From an uncultured virus (IMG/VR IMGVR_UViG_3300028641_000003) (Duplodnaviria > Heunggongvirae > Uroviricota > Caudoviricetes), in the IMG/VR virus record IMGVR_UViG_3300028641_000003: 64,000 nucleotides of DNA. One strand, written 5' to 3'. Shown here piece by piece: positions 1 through 8,316 of this stretch; the first letter of the stretch is position 1; the number at the start of each line of letters is the position of its first letter. The notes under the pieces were generated by a model. It was not told the origin of the DNA, ran no database searches, and saw only the letters and a program-made list of their open reading frames with translations. The translations under genes were made by a program, and so were the position numbers.

Positions 1-101
1 CCTGGGGCAAGGGTGACGGCAAGATCAAGAACGAGAAGCGGCTCAAGCGGCAAGCCGAGAAGAAGCGGAAGAAGCTTCACCGCAAGCAAGGGAGACACTA
101 A
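1..101 (+). CDS. 3' end of a small basic protein (partial)
   Basis: Frame from nt 3 reads WGKGDGKIKNEKRLKRQAEKKRKKLHRKQGRH, stop TAA 99-101. Confidence 0.55.
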   Translation, partial: WGKGDGKIKNEKRLKRQAEKKRKKLHRKQGRH

Positions 102-230
102 TGTCTGACATCCATGACCGTGAGCGGCTGGCTACTTGACGGCAAGCTGATAGATGCGGTCAATATAAACACCATACGAGCAGAATAGTGGCTTGATTTA
201 TTTTCGGCTACTCGTATCATAAATAGAGGT

Positions 231-728
231 ATGGGTAGCCTTGTCTGCATCAACGAGGAAAACTGCTACAAGGCGCTCCGAGCCGTTGAGAGGCGCTTCC
301 AGCGTTCATCGGCTCCCGAGCGGCTCAAGCAAGTCGCCAGAACCATCAATCCTTTAGTGTTTGTATGTGGTAGAAGGGGAAATACCCTTGGACAAGCCGT
401 AGGAGTAAGCCTGCGGTCTTTTGACTCATTACGCACAAGATACAACTTGCGTGAAAGCGTCCACCCCAGCACCAAGATTGGCAACCGACGCTACTTCATG
501 ATCATCGAAATCAACCCACTTGCGTTCAGCAAGCTGCGTATGACACGCTGGAAGTATCTGTGTCGTGTTTTTGGACACGAATATGCCCATTTAATAGACA
601 CAGTGTATAGAAAGCAGGCATGGGGCGGAACCACCGACTCAGACCCCGAAACTGACCACGATGAGCATTGGCAGAAGATAAGTCTCTGGTGCGGTGGCAA
701 TACGGACCCTATCATCAGCCCAAGTTAG
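231..728 (+). CDS. SprT-like zinc metalloprotease domain protein
   Basis: HEYAH zincin motif followed by H-x-x-x-W (HDEHW) as in SprT-like proteins; CATAAATA 5 nt upstream. Confidence 0.7.
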   Translation: MGSLVCINEENCYKALRAVERRFQRSSAPERLKQVARTINPLVFVCGRRGNTLGQAVGVSLRSFDSLRTRYNLRESVHPSTKIGNRRYFMIIEINPLAFSKLRMTRWKYLCRVFGHEYAHLIDTVYRKQAWGGTTDSDPETDHDEHWQKISLWCGGNTDPIISPS

Positions 729-764
729 GCATTGACTTCCTCTGGGAGTCTCTATACTGCTGGC

Positions 765-1193
765 ATGCCCTACATACTCGAAGCCTACGCCCCCGTTGAA
801 GTGATCCTCAAGCGCAAGGATCCTGATAGTCGTGCATGGGTCGCTCGTCCAGAAACCCCCGACAATGAGTTTTGGATCGGCACCATGCATGTGTATGACA
901 CAGAGGAAGCCTGCATCCGAGGCAATGCCCATACGCTGGAAAGCGGCATCAAGCAGATGGAATACGAAGCCAAGCAGAACATGAAGCGTGTGGAAGCGGC
1001 TAAAAAGCTGCTCCACAGCGTCTCACCAGAGGCTCGCATTAAGAAGCTGGAAGGGCTGCTCATTGCGCTGCATCACAACCTCAACACTATCAAGTATTCT
1101 TGTGGAGAAGATGGTTGCACGGCTGGCAAGAACCTTGCCCACGAGTGTATGGACTGGATCGAAAGCCACAACATTCCCAACCTTGACACGTAG
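765..1193 (+). CDS. hypothetical early protein (leaderless)
   Basis: ATG 765 is 6 nt after TATACT 753-758; track start 732 is the TTG of the -35 box. Confidence 0.75.
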   Translation: MPYILEAYAPVEVILKRKDPDSRAWVARPETPDNEFWIGTMHVYDTEEACIRGNAHTLESGIKQMEYEAKQNMKRVEAAKKLLHSVSPEARIKKLEGLLIALHHNLNTIKYSCGEDGCTAGKNLAHECMDWIESHNIPNLDT

Positions 1194-1216
1194 GCGGAAG
1201 GCATTAGGATACTGAC

Positions 1217-1399
1217 ATGACCCACAACATCCTCAACGCTCTGTGTAGCGGCTTGACTACCACTTGTGACAAGAAGTCACTCAAGGAGCTGCTTCTGTCC
1301 ACTGGTGGCTGGACTATGGCACAGGGGCGATCCTGCGACATTTGCACCAAGCATCTTGCGGCTGGGGTCTATAAGGTGTGGTTGGAAGCGAGGCGGTAA
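1217..1399 (+). CDS. hypothetical early protein (leaderless)
   Basis: ATG 6 nt after TAGGAT; 60 aa. Confidence 0.7.
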   Translation: MTHNILNALCSGLTTTCDKKSLKELLLSTGGWTMAQGRSCDICTKHLAAGVYKVWLEARR

Positions 1400-1439
1400 A
1401 GTCGCTTGACTTCCTCTGGAAGTCTCTATACTCACGCTC

Positions 1440-1661
1440 ATGAACATCAACGAAATCCCCACCGAGCAACTGGAAGCCGAAATCAAGCGGCGGAATGCTG
1501 CCAAGAGCCTCAAGTCGCTCTACCCCAAGAACCTCAAGGGCGCTAAGGCGCTGCTGGGCGCGATCCTTGAGTCCTACGAAAACAGCGATCCCTACGAGCG
1601 GAGCATCGACTACGACCTGATTGAGTATGCCAACGAGTATCTGGCGGAGAAGGTGAAGTGA
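1440..1661 (+). CDS. hypothetical early protein (leaderless)
   Basis: ATG 7 nt after TATACT 1427-1432. Confidence 0.75.
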   Translation: MNINEIPTEQLEAEIKRRNAAKSLKSLYPKNLKGAKALLGAILESYENSDPYERSIDYDLIEYANEYLAEKVK

Positions 1662-1876
1662 CCGACCTACCTGCCGACTTCCAGAAAAACATTGACACCA
1701 TCAACAGCATGTCCCGAGAGGAAATCGGGCGGCTGATGCGCTTTCATCCCTGCGGCGAGCCTCACCCCTACTTCGACAGCACGCTTCCCTACTGGAAGTA
1801 CCTGAACGCTCGCTTTCAGGAGCTTGGCGGCTGGGACGCTGCTTTGAGCAAGCATATCGGCTGGGATAGGGCTTGA
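1658..1876 (+). CDS. hypothetical early protein
   Basis: GTGA overlap with upstream stop; stop is the TGA of the next -35 box. Confidence 0.7.
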   Translation: MTDLPADFQKNIDTINSMSREEIGRLMRFHPCGEPHPYFDSTLPYWKYLNARFQELGGWDAALSKHIGWDRA

Positions 1877-1905
1877 CATTGCTTCCCAACGCCTACAATA
1901 CCAAC

Positions 1906-2124
1906 ATGAACATCAACGCCCTTGCCTCCCTCCTGAAGATCACTCAGGACAGCGATGTAGATGCTCGTGTGTCACTCGGCTGGGTGACGCTTGCCCACAT
2001 TGAGGAAGAGGACGGCTTCTGGTTCGTTCGCCTCAAGGGCGAGTCGGCACCGATCAGCATGCGCGGCTCCAAGAGTGTCGAAGAGGCTGTCGAGGCGCTG
2101 GTCAAGTACCTGACGCCCGAATAG
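1906..2124 (+). CDS. hypothetical early protein (leaderless)
   Basis: ATG 1906 is 6 nt after TACAAT 1894-1899. Confidence 0.75.
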   Translation: MNINALASLLKITQDSDVDARVSLGWVTLAHIEEEDGFWFVRLKGESAPISMRGSKSVEEAVEALVKYLTPE

Positions 2125-2162
2125 TCACTTGACAGCGGCTCCCCGCTTGATACGATACGAGC

Positions 2163-2477
2163 ATGAAGAACGGCATCAACCTCTGGCTGGACGACAAGCG
2201 CAAGATGCCCGAGGGCTACGATCTGCATGTGTTCACCGCACAGGCTGCTATCGCTGCTCTGGAGACTGGCACGGTCGAGAAGGTGAGCCTGGATCACGAT
2301 CTTGGTCCCGAGTGGGAGACTGGCAACGGCTACATGGTCGCCAAGTGGATTGAGGAAGCGGCTTACCTGGGCAAGATCCCGAAGCTGGAGTGGCATATCC
2401 ACAGCCAGAATAGCGTCGGGGTGGCGAGCATGAAGGCTGCTCTGACCAACGCTGACCGCTACTGGGAAGGGGCTTGA
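2163..2477 (+). CDS. cyclic-phosphate processing receiver-like domain protein
   Basis: LWLDDKR...VSLDHDLG...GY...IHSQN-x-x-G pattern typical of this phage family; leaderless start. Confidence 0.75.
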   Translation: MKNGINLWLDDKRKMPEGYDLHVFTAQAAIAALETGTVEKVSLDHDLGPEWETGNGYMVAKWIEEAAYLGKIPKLEWHIHSQNSVGVASMKAALTNADRYWEGA

Positions 2478-2478
2478 C

Positions 2479-2694
2479 ATGCTCGAAGACGCTCCCATCC
2501 TGAGAAAGCAACTTGAAGAGATTGCCGATGTCTTCAACGGGGCTGACATGTCGGGCTATATGAAGCTCTACCAACTACTTGGAGCCATGCATGAGAAGCA
2601 TATGGCTGGCGACAAGGATGCTGGGAAGATCCTACTGATGGTCACACGCTTCCACTCTGTCATCAAGGCGGCGAAGAATCAGAAAGTCGCTTGA
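2479..2694 (+). CDS. hypothetical early protein
   Basis: 71 aa ORF filling the gap, ends QKVA* in the next -35 box. Confidence 0.7.
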   Translation: MLEDAPILRKQLEEIADVFNGADMSGYMKLYQLLGAMHEKHMAGDKDAGKILLMVTRFHSVIKAAKNQKVA

Positions 2695-2724
2695 CATTCG
2701 CTCCCTGCTCCTATACTCACACAC

Positions 2725-2910
2725 ATGAGCATCAAGAACCTCTCCAAGTCTGTCCCCGCTGACCTCAAGCGGGAAATCCGCAAGGAGTTCAACGGACCCA
2801 ACCACGCTGCTGTCTATGGCAAGCTCGAAGCCTTCCTGGGTGAAGAGTTCTGCGTCTACGAGGACGGCACCATCTATGCGGTTGCCAAGAGCATCGCTGG
2901 AGTCTGCTAA
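2725..2910 (+). CDS. hypothetical early protein, copy 1
   Basis: Leaderless; 53/61 aa identical to 4412..4597. Confidence 0.8.
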   Translation: MSIKNLSKSVPADLKREIRKEFNGPNHAAVYGKLEAFLGEEFCVYEDGTIYAVAKSIAGVC

Positions 2911-2911
2911 C

Positions 2912-3127
2912 ATGGCAACGATCAGCATCAACGCCCACAAGCGCATCAACTGGACGCTGGAGGACAACAACGGCAAGGTTGCCCTGGAAGCCACTGACTC
3001 CGCTGGCACCTTCGATGGCTTCAACATCTCCGCCAGGGAGTCTGGTAGCGTGGGACCGACTTGGCTGAGCCTGGAGGAAGCCAAGAGTCTGCGGGATTGG
3101 CTCAACAAGGCGCTTGACAACGGCTGA
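2912..3127 (+). CDS. hypothetical early protein
   Basis: ATG 2912 (MATISINAH...) immediately after the upstream stop. Confidence 0.65.
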   Translation: MATISINAHKRINWTLEDNNGKVALEATDSAGTFDGFNISARESGSVGPTWLSLEEAKSLRDWLNKALDNG

Positions 3128-3146
3128 AAGGCTCTATACTACGAGC

Positions 3147-3464
3147 ATGACAACAGTATTTCATGTCACTCCCAAGAGAAACATTCCGAGTATCTTGAAA
3201 GGTGGATTGAAACCGAGAGTCGGTCCACGGAGCAAGTCAGCAAAAGAAAAAATACCCCGTGTCTATGTTTTCCCTGATATGGTTTCCCTAGAAGATGCTC
3301 TGTCAAACTGGCTGGGCGATGAGTTTGTCCAGCGGCTAAGTATCTTGCAACTGGAAGTCCCTGACGAGTGGCTTGTAAGTGACACTGTGCGATGGGAAGC
3401 AACCATTGATAGGATAATCCCACCCACCCATATCAAGGTACTGGTGGAAGATATTGACGCTTGA
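3147..3464 (+). CDS. ADP-ribosyltransferase-fold (Tpt1/KptA-like) small protein
   Basis: N-terminal FHVT...NIPSILKGGLKP and RVYVF resemble the H-x-T...I-x-x-x-GL-x-P motif of Tpt1/ART NAD-binding domains; leaderless ATG 3147. Confidence 0.55.
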   Translation: MTTVFHVTPKRNIPSILKGGLKPRVGPRSKSAKEKIPRVYVFPDMVSLEDALSNWLGDEFVQRLSILQLEVPDEWLVSDTVRWEATIDRIIPPTHIKVLVEDIDA

Positions 3465-3493
3465 CATTCGCTCCCACCTGATATACTACGAGC

Positions 3494-3832
3494 ATGAGCA
3501 ACGAAGTCATCTCTGCCTCCCTGATGAGCATCCTGACCGAGCATGTGAACGCTCACGGCAAGGTCGATGACGCTGCCATCTGTCGGTCGATTGCCGACTA
3601 CATCAACGGCATTCCCTTCACCATCTACTACGCTGATGCTCTCTACGACTTCATTCGGGAGTACGGCGAGGACTACGACGAGTCCTACCTGGGTCGGGAT
3701 GCTGACGGTGAGAAGCAGTACATCATCTTCAACAAGGAAACCAACTGGCACGACCGGATCCGCAAGGAACTGATTGCCTTGGGCTACTACAAGGCATACG
3801 ACGAGTGGGCTGCCGAGCAGAAAGTCGCTTGA
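3494..3832 (+). CDS. hypothetical early protein (leaderless, acidic)
   Basis: ATG 6 nt after TATACT; ends QKVA*. Confidence 0.75.
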   Translation: MSNEVISASLMSILTEHVNAHGKVDDAAICRSIADYINGIPFTIYYADALYDFIREYGEDYDESYLGRDADGEKQYIIFNKETNWHDRIRKELIALGYYKAYDEWAAEQKVA

Positions 3833-3877
3833 CAGCGGCTCCCATTGCCTATACTAAGCCCAACAAGAAAGAAACAC

Positions 3878-4153
3878 ATGAGCAACTCCCCTTCCCATCC
3901 GTGTGCGATGTGTCTGGTCGAAGGGCGGGCAGTCCTCGCTACCGACGAGTTCAATGGCATGCATCTGTGTGCTGATTGCACCGAATGGGAGCGGAAGAAC
4001 GCTGACCCGTATGAAGCGGCTGAACAGCGTGAAGCGCAGCGGGAAGCGGTCGAGGCTGGGCATGTATCAGAGGCACGGCGACTGGTCGAGAAGCTCGACA
4101 CCATCGTGCGAGACAGCATTCCCGAGGACATCTGGATCTGGATTCGCGCTTGA
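3878..4153 (+). CDS. hypothetical zinc-finger protein
   Basis: CAMC...CADC; ATG 3878 after A-rich leader. Confidence 0.65.
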   Translation: MSNSPSHPCAMCLVEGRAVLATDEFNGMHLCADCTEWERKNADPYEAAEQREAQREAVEAGHVSEARRLVEKLDTIVRDSIPEDIWIWIRA

Positions 4154-4183
4154 CTTCCTCCGTAAGCCACTACAATCAAGCAC

Positions 4184-4381
4184 ATGAAGAACGACAGCAT
4201 CTCCGTTGCTCTCTGCGGCATCACCAAAAAGTATGGCGGCGAGGGCTGGTTCGCTGGTGTCACTGCATATGGTCGGGATCGTGTAGTCCTCTACTACAAG
4301 GATAAGAAGAACGTCCCACATGGCAACGGGCGATTCAGCAAGTTCGCTGGAGTCCATGTGAAGTGGCAGAAAGTCGCTTGA
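4184..4381 (+). CDS. hypothetical early protein (leaderless)
   Basis: ATG 7 nt after TACAAT; ends QKVA*. Confidence 0.7.
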   Translation: MKNDSISVALCGITKKYGGEGWFAGVTAYGRDRVVLYYKDKKNVPHGNGRFSKFAGVHVKWQKVA

Positions 4382-4411
4382 CTTCCTCTGGAAGCCACTA
4401 CAATCAAGCAC

Positions 4412-4597
4412 ATGAGCATCAGCAACTACGCCAAGTCCGTCCCCTCTGACCTCAAGCGTGAGGTTCGCAAGGAGTTCAACGGACCCAACCACGCCGCTGT
4501 CTATGAGAAGCTGGAAGCCTTCCTGGGCGAAGAGTTCTGCGTCTACGAGGACGGCACCATCTATGCGGTCGCCAAGCGGATCGCTGGAGTCGCCTAA
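4412..4597 (+). CDS. hypothetical early protein, copy 2
   Basis: Paralog of 2725..2910; leaderless. Confidence 0.8.
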   Translation: MSISNYAKSVPSDLKREVRKEFNGPNHAAVYEKLEAFLGEEFCVYEDGTIYAVAKRIAGVA

Positions 4598-4656
4598 TAG
4601 GGGCTTGACAGTGGCTTGAATCTGATTATACTCTGCTCATCAACCAAGGACAACCA

Positions 4657-4965
4657 ATGACCGACTTCAACGCTGCTCTCGACGCCTTCACCAATGCCTA
4701 CCAGAAGGTTCTGGACGCTCAGAACGGCAGCTTCAAGCACTACGGCAAGGTCAAGCTGATGGTCGGCTCCAAGTTCATCCGTGTGGTCCGCACCAACGGC
4801 AACGACGAGGGCGGCTCAGTCGCTTGCTTCGTCTGCAAGGCGACTGGAGGCATCTTCAAGGCTGCTGGCTGGGCGGCTCCTGCGAAGGGCGAGCGGGCGA
4901 GCATCTTCAACGCTGAGAGCTATGCGAAGATGGACGCTTTCGGTGGGTGGCTCTATAGCCGCTGA
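4657..4965 (+). CDS. conserved phage protein of unknown function
   Basis: FVCKATGGIFKAAGWAAPAK resembles a widespread phage family motif; AAGGA RBS. Confidence 0.75.
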   Translation: MTDFNAALDAFTNAYQKVLDAQNGSFKHYGKVKLMVGSKFIRVVRTNGNDEGGSVACFVCKATGGIFKAAGWAAPAKGERASIFNAESYAKMDAFGGWLYSR

Positions 4966-5007
4966 ATAGGGGCTTGACAGAGGCTCCCGACGCATATACT
5001 CTCCAGC

Positions 5008-5157
5008 ATGACCCACCAAGAGAAAGCAAGCGGCTGGAAGTCCTACGATGCCATCGACTGCAAGAGCGCCCGCAAGTCGCTCCGGTGGTACAAGAAGAAG
5101 GCGCACAAGAAGCTGCGCCAGGAAGTCAAAAAGGATTTGACTCTGGACGCTGACTGA
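5008..5157 (+). CDS. small basic protein (49 aa, not in ORF track)
   Basis: MTHQEKASGWKSYDAIDCKSARKSLRWYKKKAHKKLRQEVKKDLTLDAD*; ATG 7 nt after TATACT 4995-5000. Confidence 0.7.
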   Translation: MTHQEKASGWKSYDAIDCKSARKSLRWYKKKAHKKLRQEVKKDLTLDAD

Positions 5158-5187
5158 TATACTCTGAGCATCACCCAAGGACAAGAC

Positions 5188-5502
5188 ATGCCGACCCCCG
5201 AAGAGAAGCAGATCGCCACCGCCATCCGTGACCAGATCGGCACCAACACGCTGATGTGCATCGGGGCGCACGAGTTGGGCATCGTCCCAGCGACCGACAA
5301 GATCCTGGGTGGGCTGGCGTTCAAGCTGGGGCGCAACCCGAAGATGAAGCAGGGTGGCAATGTGATGATCACGCTCCTGCCGAGTGACACCTACCGAGTC
5401 TGCATCATGTCGAGCCGAGGCAAGATGATGCTGGAGCAGGAGGATGTGTATTGCGACCAGTTGGGCGGTCCTGAAGGCATCATCGAACAGGTGACGGGCT
5501 AA
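5188..5502 (+). CDS. conserved hypothetical phage protein
   Basis: AAGGA RBS, own promoter, SDTY...DVYCDQL...IEQVTG. Confidence 0.75.
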   Translation: MPTPEEKQIATAIRDQIGTNTLMCIGAHELGIVPATDKILGGLAFKLGRNPKMKQGGNVMITLLPSDTYRVCIMSSRGKMMLEQEDVYCDQLGGPEGIIEQVTG

Positions 5503-5584
5503 GGGGCTAAGAGGGGCTGGGAAGGGGGCTTGACAACGCCAGGAAGGCGTTATACTCTACCCATCAACCAAGGACAAGCCTCCC

Positions 5585-5929
5585 ATGCGTATCTCCAACA
5601 TCAACTCCAACCTCGCCTTCAACACCGTCATGGCTCGCTTCGCGCCCAATCACGGCAAGCGGGCGGTGCGCTACGAGCCGGACGGCAATGTGACCCTGAT
5701 GGTGCTGGACGAGTGCGACCACTGCGGCGATGAGTGCGAGGGTGCCAACTCCGTGGTGCTGGTCAAGCCCGCTCAGTTCGTGATGGAGCGGCTGGAGTCG
5801 CTGGTGCGGCTGGGCAAGCTGGTCAAGACGGAAGTGTATCAGGAAAGCGGCTGCGACGATAACGGGGATTGCGTCTGCCCCTCCTGCTACTCCGAGGGGC
5901 TGGAAGAGGCTCGTCGGATGGGGGCTTGA
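5585..5929 (+). CDS. hypothetical Cys-rich protein
   Basis: CDHC and CPSC pairs; RBS and promoter. Confidence 0.7.
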   Translation: MRISNINSNLAFNTVMARFAPNHGKRAVRYEPDGNVTLMVLDECDHCGDECEGANSVVLVKPAQFVMERLESLVRLGKLVKTEVYQESGCDDNGDCVCPSCYSEGLEEARRMGA

Positions 5930-5951
5930 TAGGGGCTTGATAGGGGCTTGA
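5921..5951 (+). repeat. tandem 11-bp repeat GGGGCTTGATA (about 3 copies) ending in a -35 box
   Basis: ggggcttgat aggggcttga taggggcttgac. Confidence 0.85.
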
Positions 5952-5980
5952 CATGGGATTGGAGTTGCTATAATAGAGGC

Positions 5981-6103
5981 ATGAGCAACAAAAGCCCCTC
6001 CAAGCCCGTCGCCCCTGTCGCTAAGGTCAAGAAGGATAACATCTCACCAGCATATCGGCTGGTCCTGAAGCAAAACAAGGGGATCGTCTTTTCAGGCTGG
6101 TGA
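5981..6103 (+). CDS. small basic protein (40 aa, not in ORF track)
   Basis: MSNKSPSKPVAPVAKVKKDNISPAYRLVLKQNKGIVFSGW*; ATG 6 nt after TATAAT 5969-5974. Confidence 0.65.
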   Translation: MSNKSPSKPVAPVAKVKKDNISPAYRLVLKQNKGIVFSGW

Positions 6104-6290
6104 AGGCGGCGAATAGGCTCAAAAGGCAGGCATTTAGCCACCCTCCAGAGGGCATTTTTACGGGTAAAACGGCGGGTATTTTACTGCCTTTTGGGGGTAT
6201 ATGGGGGGTATTTTTATACCCACCTAGAATATAAACACGGGGTTTTTTGATTTTCTAGGAATTTTATATAATAAACCCCTACCTTTTTTT

Positions 6291-6298
6291 TATAAATA
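6291..6298 (+). promoter_or_regulatory. T4-late-type promoter TATAAATA
   Basis: Exact TATAAATA upstream of the HNH gene. Confidence 0.55.
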
Positions 6299-6329
6299 CT
6301 GGTATAATAAACATTACGAAGGAGTTACT

Positions 6330-7280
6330 ATGGAAGAATCTTTATTAGGCACCGAAAACCAGAGAAGCATCTTACAGCTTCGTGGGTATACTCTTGTAGA
6401 ATATACTACATGTGAAGGACCAGTCACTATAAAGCTTCCTAACGGCAACCTAAAGCACTTTACAAATCTTTCTCGTGTATTACACCGCATAAGGAAGACT
6501 CAAGATGCTTTTATAGAAAAACAGAAGAAGCGTGAAGAAGCTCTTATAGTAGCTCAAGAGAAGCTGGCAAGAAGCCCAAAGCATAAAATACTTACTTTTA
6601 TCAAAGAGCAAAATCTTATTCTGGAAGAACCTTATACGATACTTGATAAGTCATATCATATTACCTGTAAGAAACATAATAAGACAATAGAAAGAAATTT
6701 GAGTTCAATAACTCCCGATACAAGGAAAATAAAAGAGTTATGTCCAGAATGCAGGAGAGAAGCAATAGTAGCTCAATATAACAAGAGTGGCATATGTCCC
6801 AACCTTATTATAACAAACGCCTTTATGGATGAAATAAACCACCATAAGAGACTCAAGTGTACATGTAAGTTCTGTGGTCATGAATTTGATAGACTTATGG
6901 ATGTTGTCAAAAGCGGGGGAACAGATTGCCCCAAATGTGGAATATACCGAAAAAAAAATAAGCCACATCTTTACGAACAATATGATACCTATAGGAAAGA
7001 ATGCGACGATATAACCCAAAAGAACCTTCTTCGTTTCTCTTCTATACTTGACATAAAGGAAGGAATGACTATTGACCACAAGTTCTCCTGCCGCAACGGG
7101 TACGATAATCATATACCACCTTGGATAGTGGCGATGCCTTACAACTTGGAATGGATGTCTATGACGGAGAATCACGAGAAGCATAAGCGTAACTCTTTAT
7201 CGCTAACAGAGTTACTCGTAAGTCTCGGTAAGTTTCTTTCGGAGTATCCTTGGTATGGTGAGTCTTTTGATAAAAGCTAA
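6330..7280 (+). CDS. HNH-type (His-Me finger) homing endonuclease with zinc ribbons
   Basis: C-terminal IDHKFS...NLEWM...ENHEKH; CxxC pairs; AT-rich; GGAG RBS. Confidence 0.7.
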   Translation: MEESLLGTENQRSILQLRGYTLVEYTTCEGPVTIKLPNGNLKHFTNLSRVLHRIRKTQDAFIEKQKKREEALIVAQEKLARSPKHKILTFIKEQNLILEEPYTILDKSYHITCKKHNKTIERNLSSITPDTRKIKELCPECRREAIVAQYNKSGICPNLIITNAFMDEINHHKRLKCTCKFCGHEFDRLMDVVKSGGTDCPKCGIYRKKNKPHLYEQYDTYRKECDDITQKNLLRFSSILDIKEGMTIDHKFSCRNGYDNHIPPWIVAMPYNLEWMSMTENHEKHKRNSLSLTELLVSLGKFLSEYPWYGESFDKS

Positions 7281-7477
7281 TCTGCTCTCAAGTAACTCTT
7301 ATGTCGCTTTAGCTGCTCTCAAGGGCATAATAAAGCCCCCCACCCCCTGTTTCCCCTACCTGAAAAAAATTTTACGGGGGATTTTTTTGGCTCTCCAGGG
7401 ATTTGAGGTATATTAACCTATATTAACCCTTGACTTCCTCTTACGGCTCCTAGAATGGGCTGTATAAGGAACTCTCC

Positions 7478-7843
7478 ATGCGCTTCATTCTCATGCTTCT
7501 CTGTATGTCCACCTGTCTTATGGCAGAAGATTCCTTTGCTGATAAGTGGCTCAAGGTGCAGATAGTCAAGGATTATGTTGCTCAGAAGCTTCGTTCGTAT
7601 GAAGCTGAGCTTGCTGCTGTCAGGCAACAGACTGCTAACGCTGCTCAACATCTGACCAATGTAGCTGCTGCCAAGAACATCTTTATTCGGAACGGGGATC
7701 GTGAGAAAGAAATTCAGTATAACATGAAGCGGTTTCAGAAGATATATGATGCTGTCATGAAGGAAGAAGCCGCTATGAGAGATGCTCTTATTGTGGAATA
7801 CATGAAGAAGCTGGACATTGTTGTGGAAGTGGAGAAGAGGTAG
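7478..7843 (+). CDS. hypothetical protein with signal-peptide-like N-terminus
   Basis: MRFILMLLCMSTCLMA; promoter TTGACT 7430-N15-TAGAAT; AAGGA RBS. Confidence 0.7.
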   Translation: MRFILMLLCMSTCLMAEDSFADKWLKVQIVKDYVAQKLRSYEAELAAVRQQTANAAQHLTNVAAAKNIFIRNGDREKEIQYNMKRFQKIYDAVMKEEAAMRDALIVEYMKKLDIVVEVEKR

Positions 7844-8055
7844 TGTTCTGCGACATTGACCAAGTTACTATGAAAGCTGCTGCCGAGAAGGTCTATGGAC
7901 CTGGGGTTCAGCTTGGTTTGCCTATGTATATAGACACTATTAGTCAGACGGTATGTGTTTCTGTAACTCCTTTTGAGCGAAGGAGTTTCAATGCTCGTTT
8001 CTATTACCTTAAAGGGTCTTTTGATGCTAAAGATCCAGACTTGACTTCCGCTTAA
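7843..8055 (+). CDS. hypothetical protein
   Basis: ORF abutting upstream stop. Confidence 0.55.
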   Translation: MFCDIDQVTMKAAAEKVYGPGVQLGLPMYIDTISQTVCVSVTPFERRSFNARFYYLKGSFDAKDPDLTSA

Positions 8056-8085
8056 AGTTGCTTATAATATATCTAAGGAAACCAT

Positions 8086-8316
8086 ATGACCAAAATCGAA
8101 CTACTCAAGTTGCTTGAAGGCATCCCCGACGATGCTCTTATTGTCGTTAATGGGCATTCTGATGGTAGTGGTTTTAATAACATTACCAATGTTGATGCTT
8201 TCCAAGTAGTTTCTCAGAAACCCGATTGGGAAGGTGAGTATTTGGATTATGAAGAATATAAGGAACAATATGACCGTGAGGGTAAGATTCCTCTAACTGT
8301 GTATAGGATTCACTGA
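8086..8316 (+). CDS. hypothetical protein
   Basis: Promoter TTGACT 8041-N16-TATAAT, AAGGA RBS. Confidence 0.7.
   Translation: MTKIELLKLLEGIPDDALIVVNGHSDGSGFNNITNVDAFQVVSQKPDWEGEYLDYEEYKEQYDREGKIPLTVYRIH

Larger units (their letters stand above)
732..5974 (+). promoter_or_regulatory. Array of 16 sigma70-type early promoters
   Basis: -35 TTGACA/TTGACT at 732,1183,1406,1873,2129,2691,3114,3461,3829,4150,4378,4605,4974,5137,5530,5948, each 15-16 nt from TATACT/TACAAT/TATAAT/TAGGAT/TACGAT directly upstream of an ORF. Confidence 0.9.

Noticed and set aside
2474..2500. Additional promoter at TTGACA 2474
   Set aside because: No -10-like hexamer 15-17 nt downstream; it may be only a cassette remnant.
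730..6000. CRISPR array or integron attC cassette array
   Set aside because: The repeats are degenerate promoters separated by whole ORFs of variable length; no constant repeats, attC-like palindromes, cas or integrase genes are seen.
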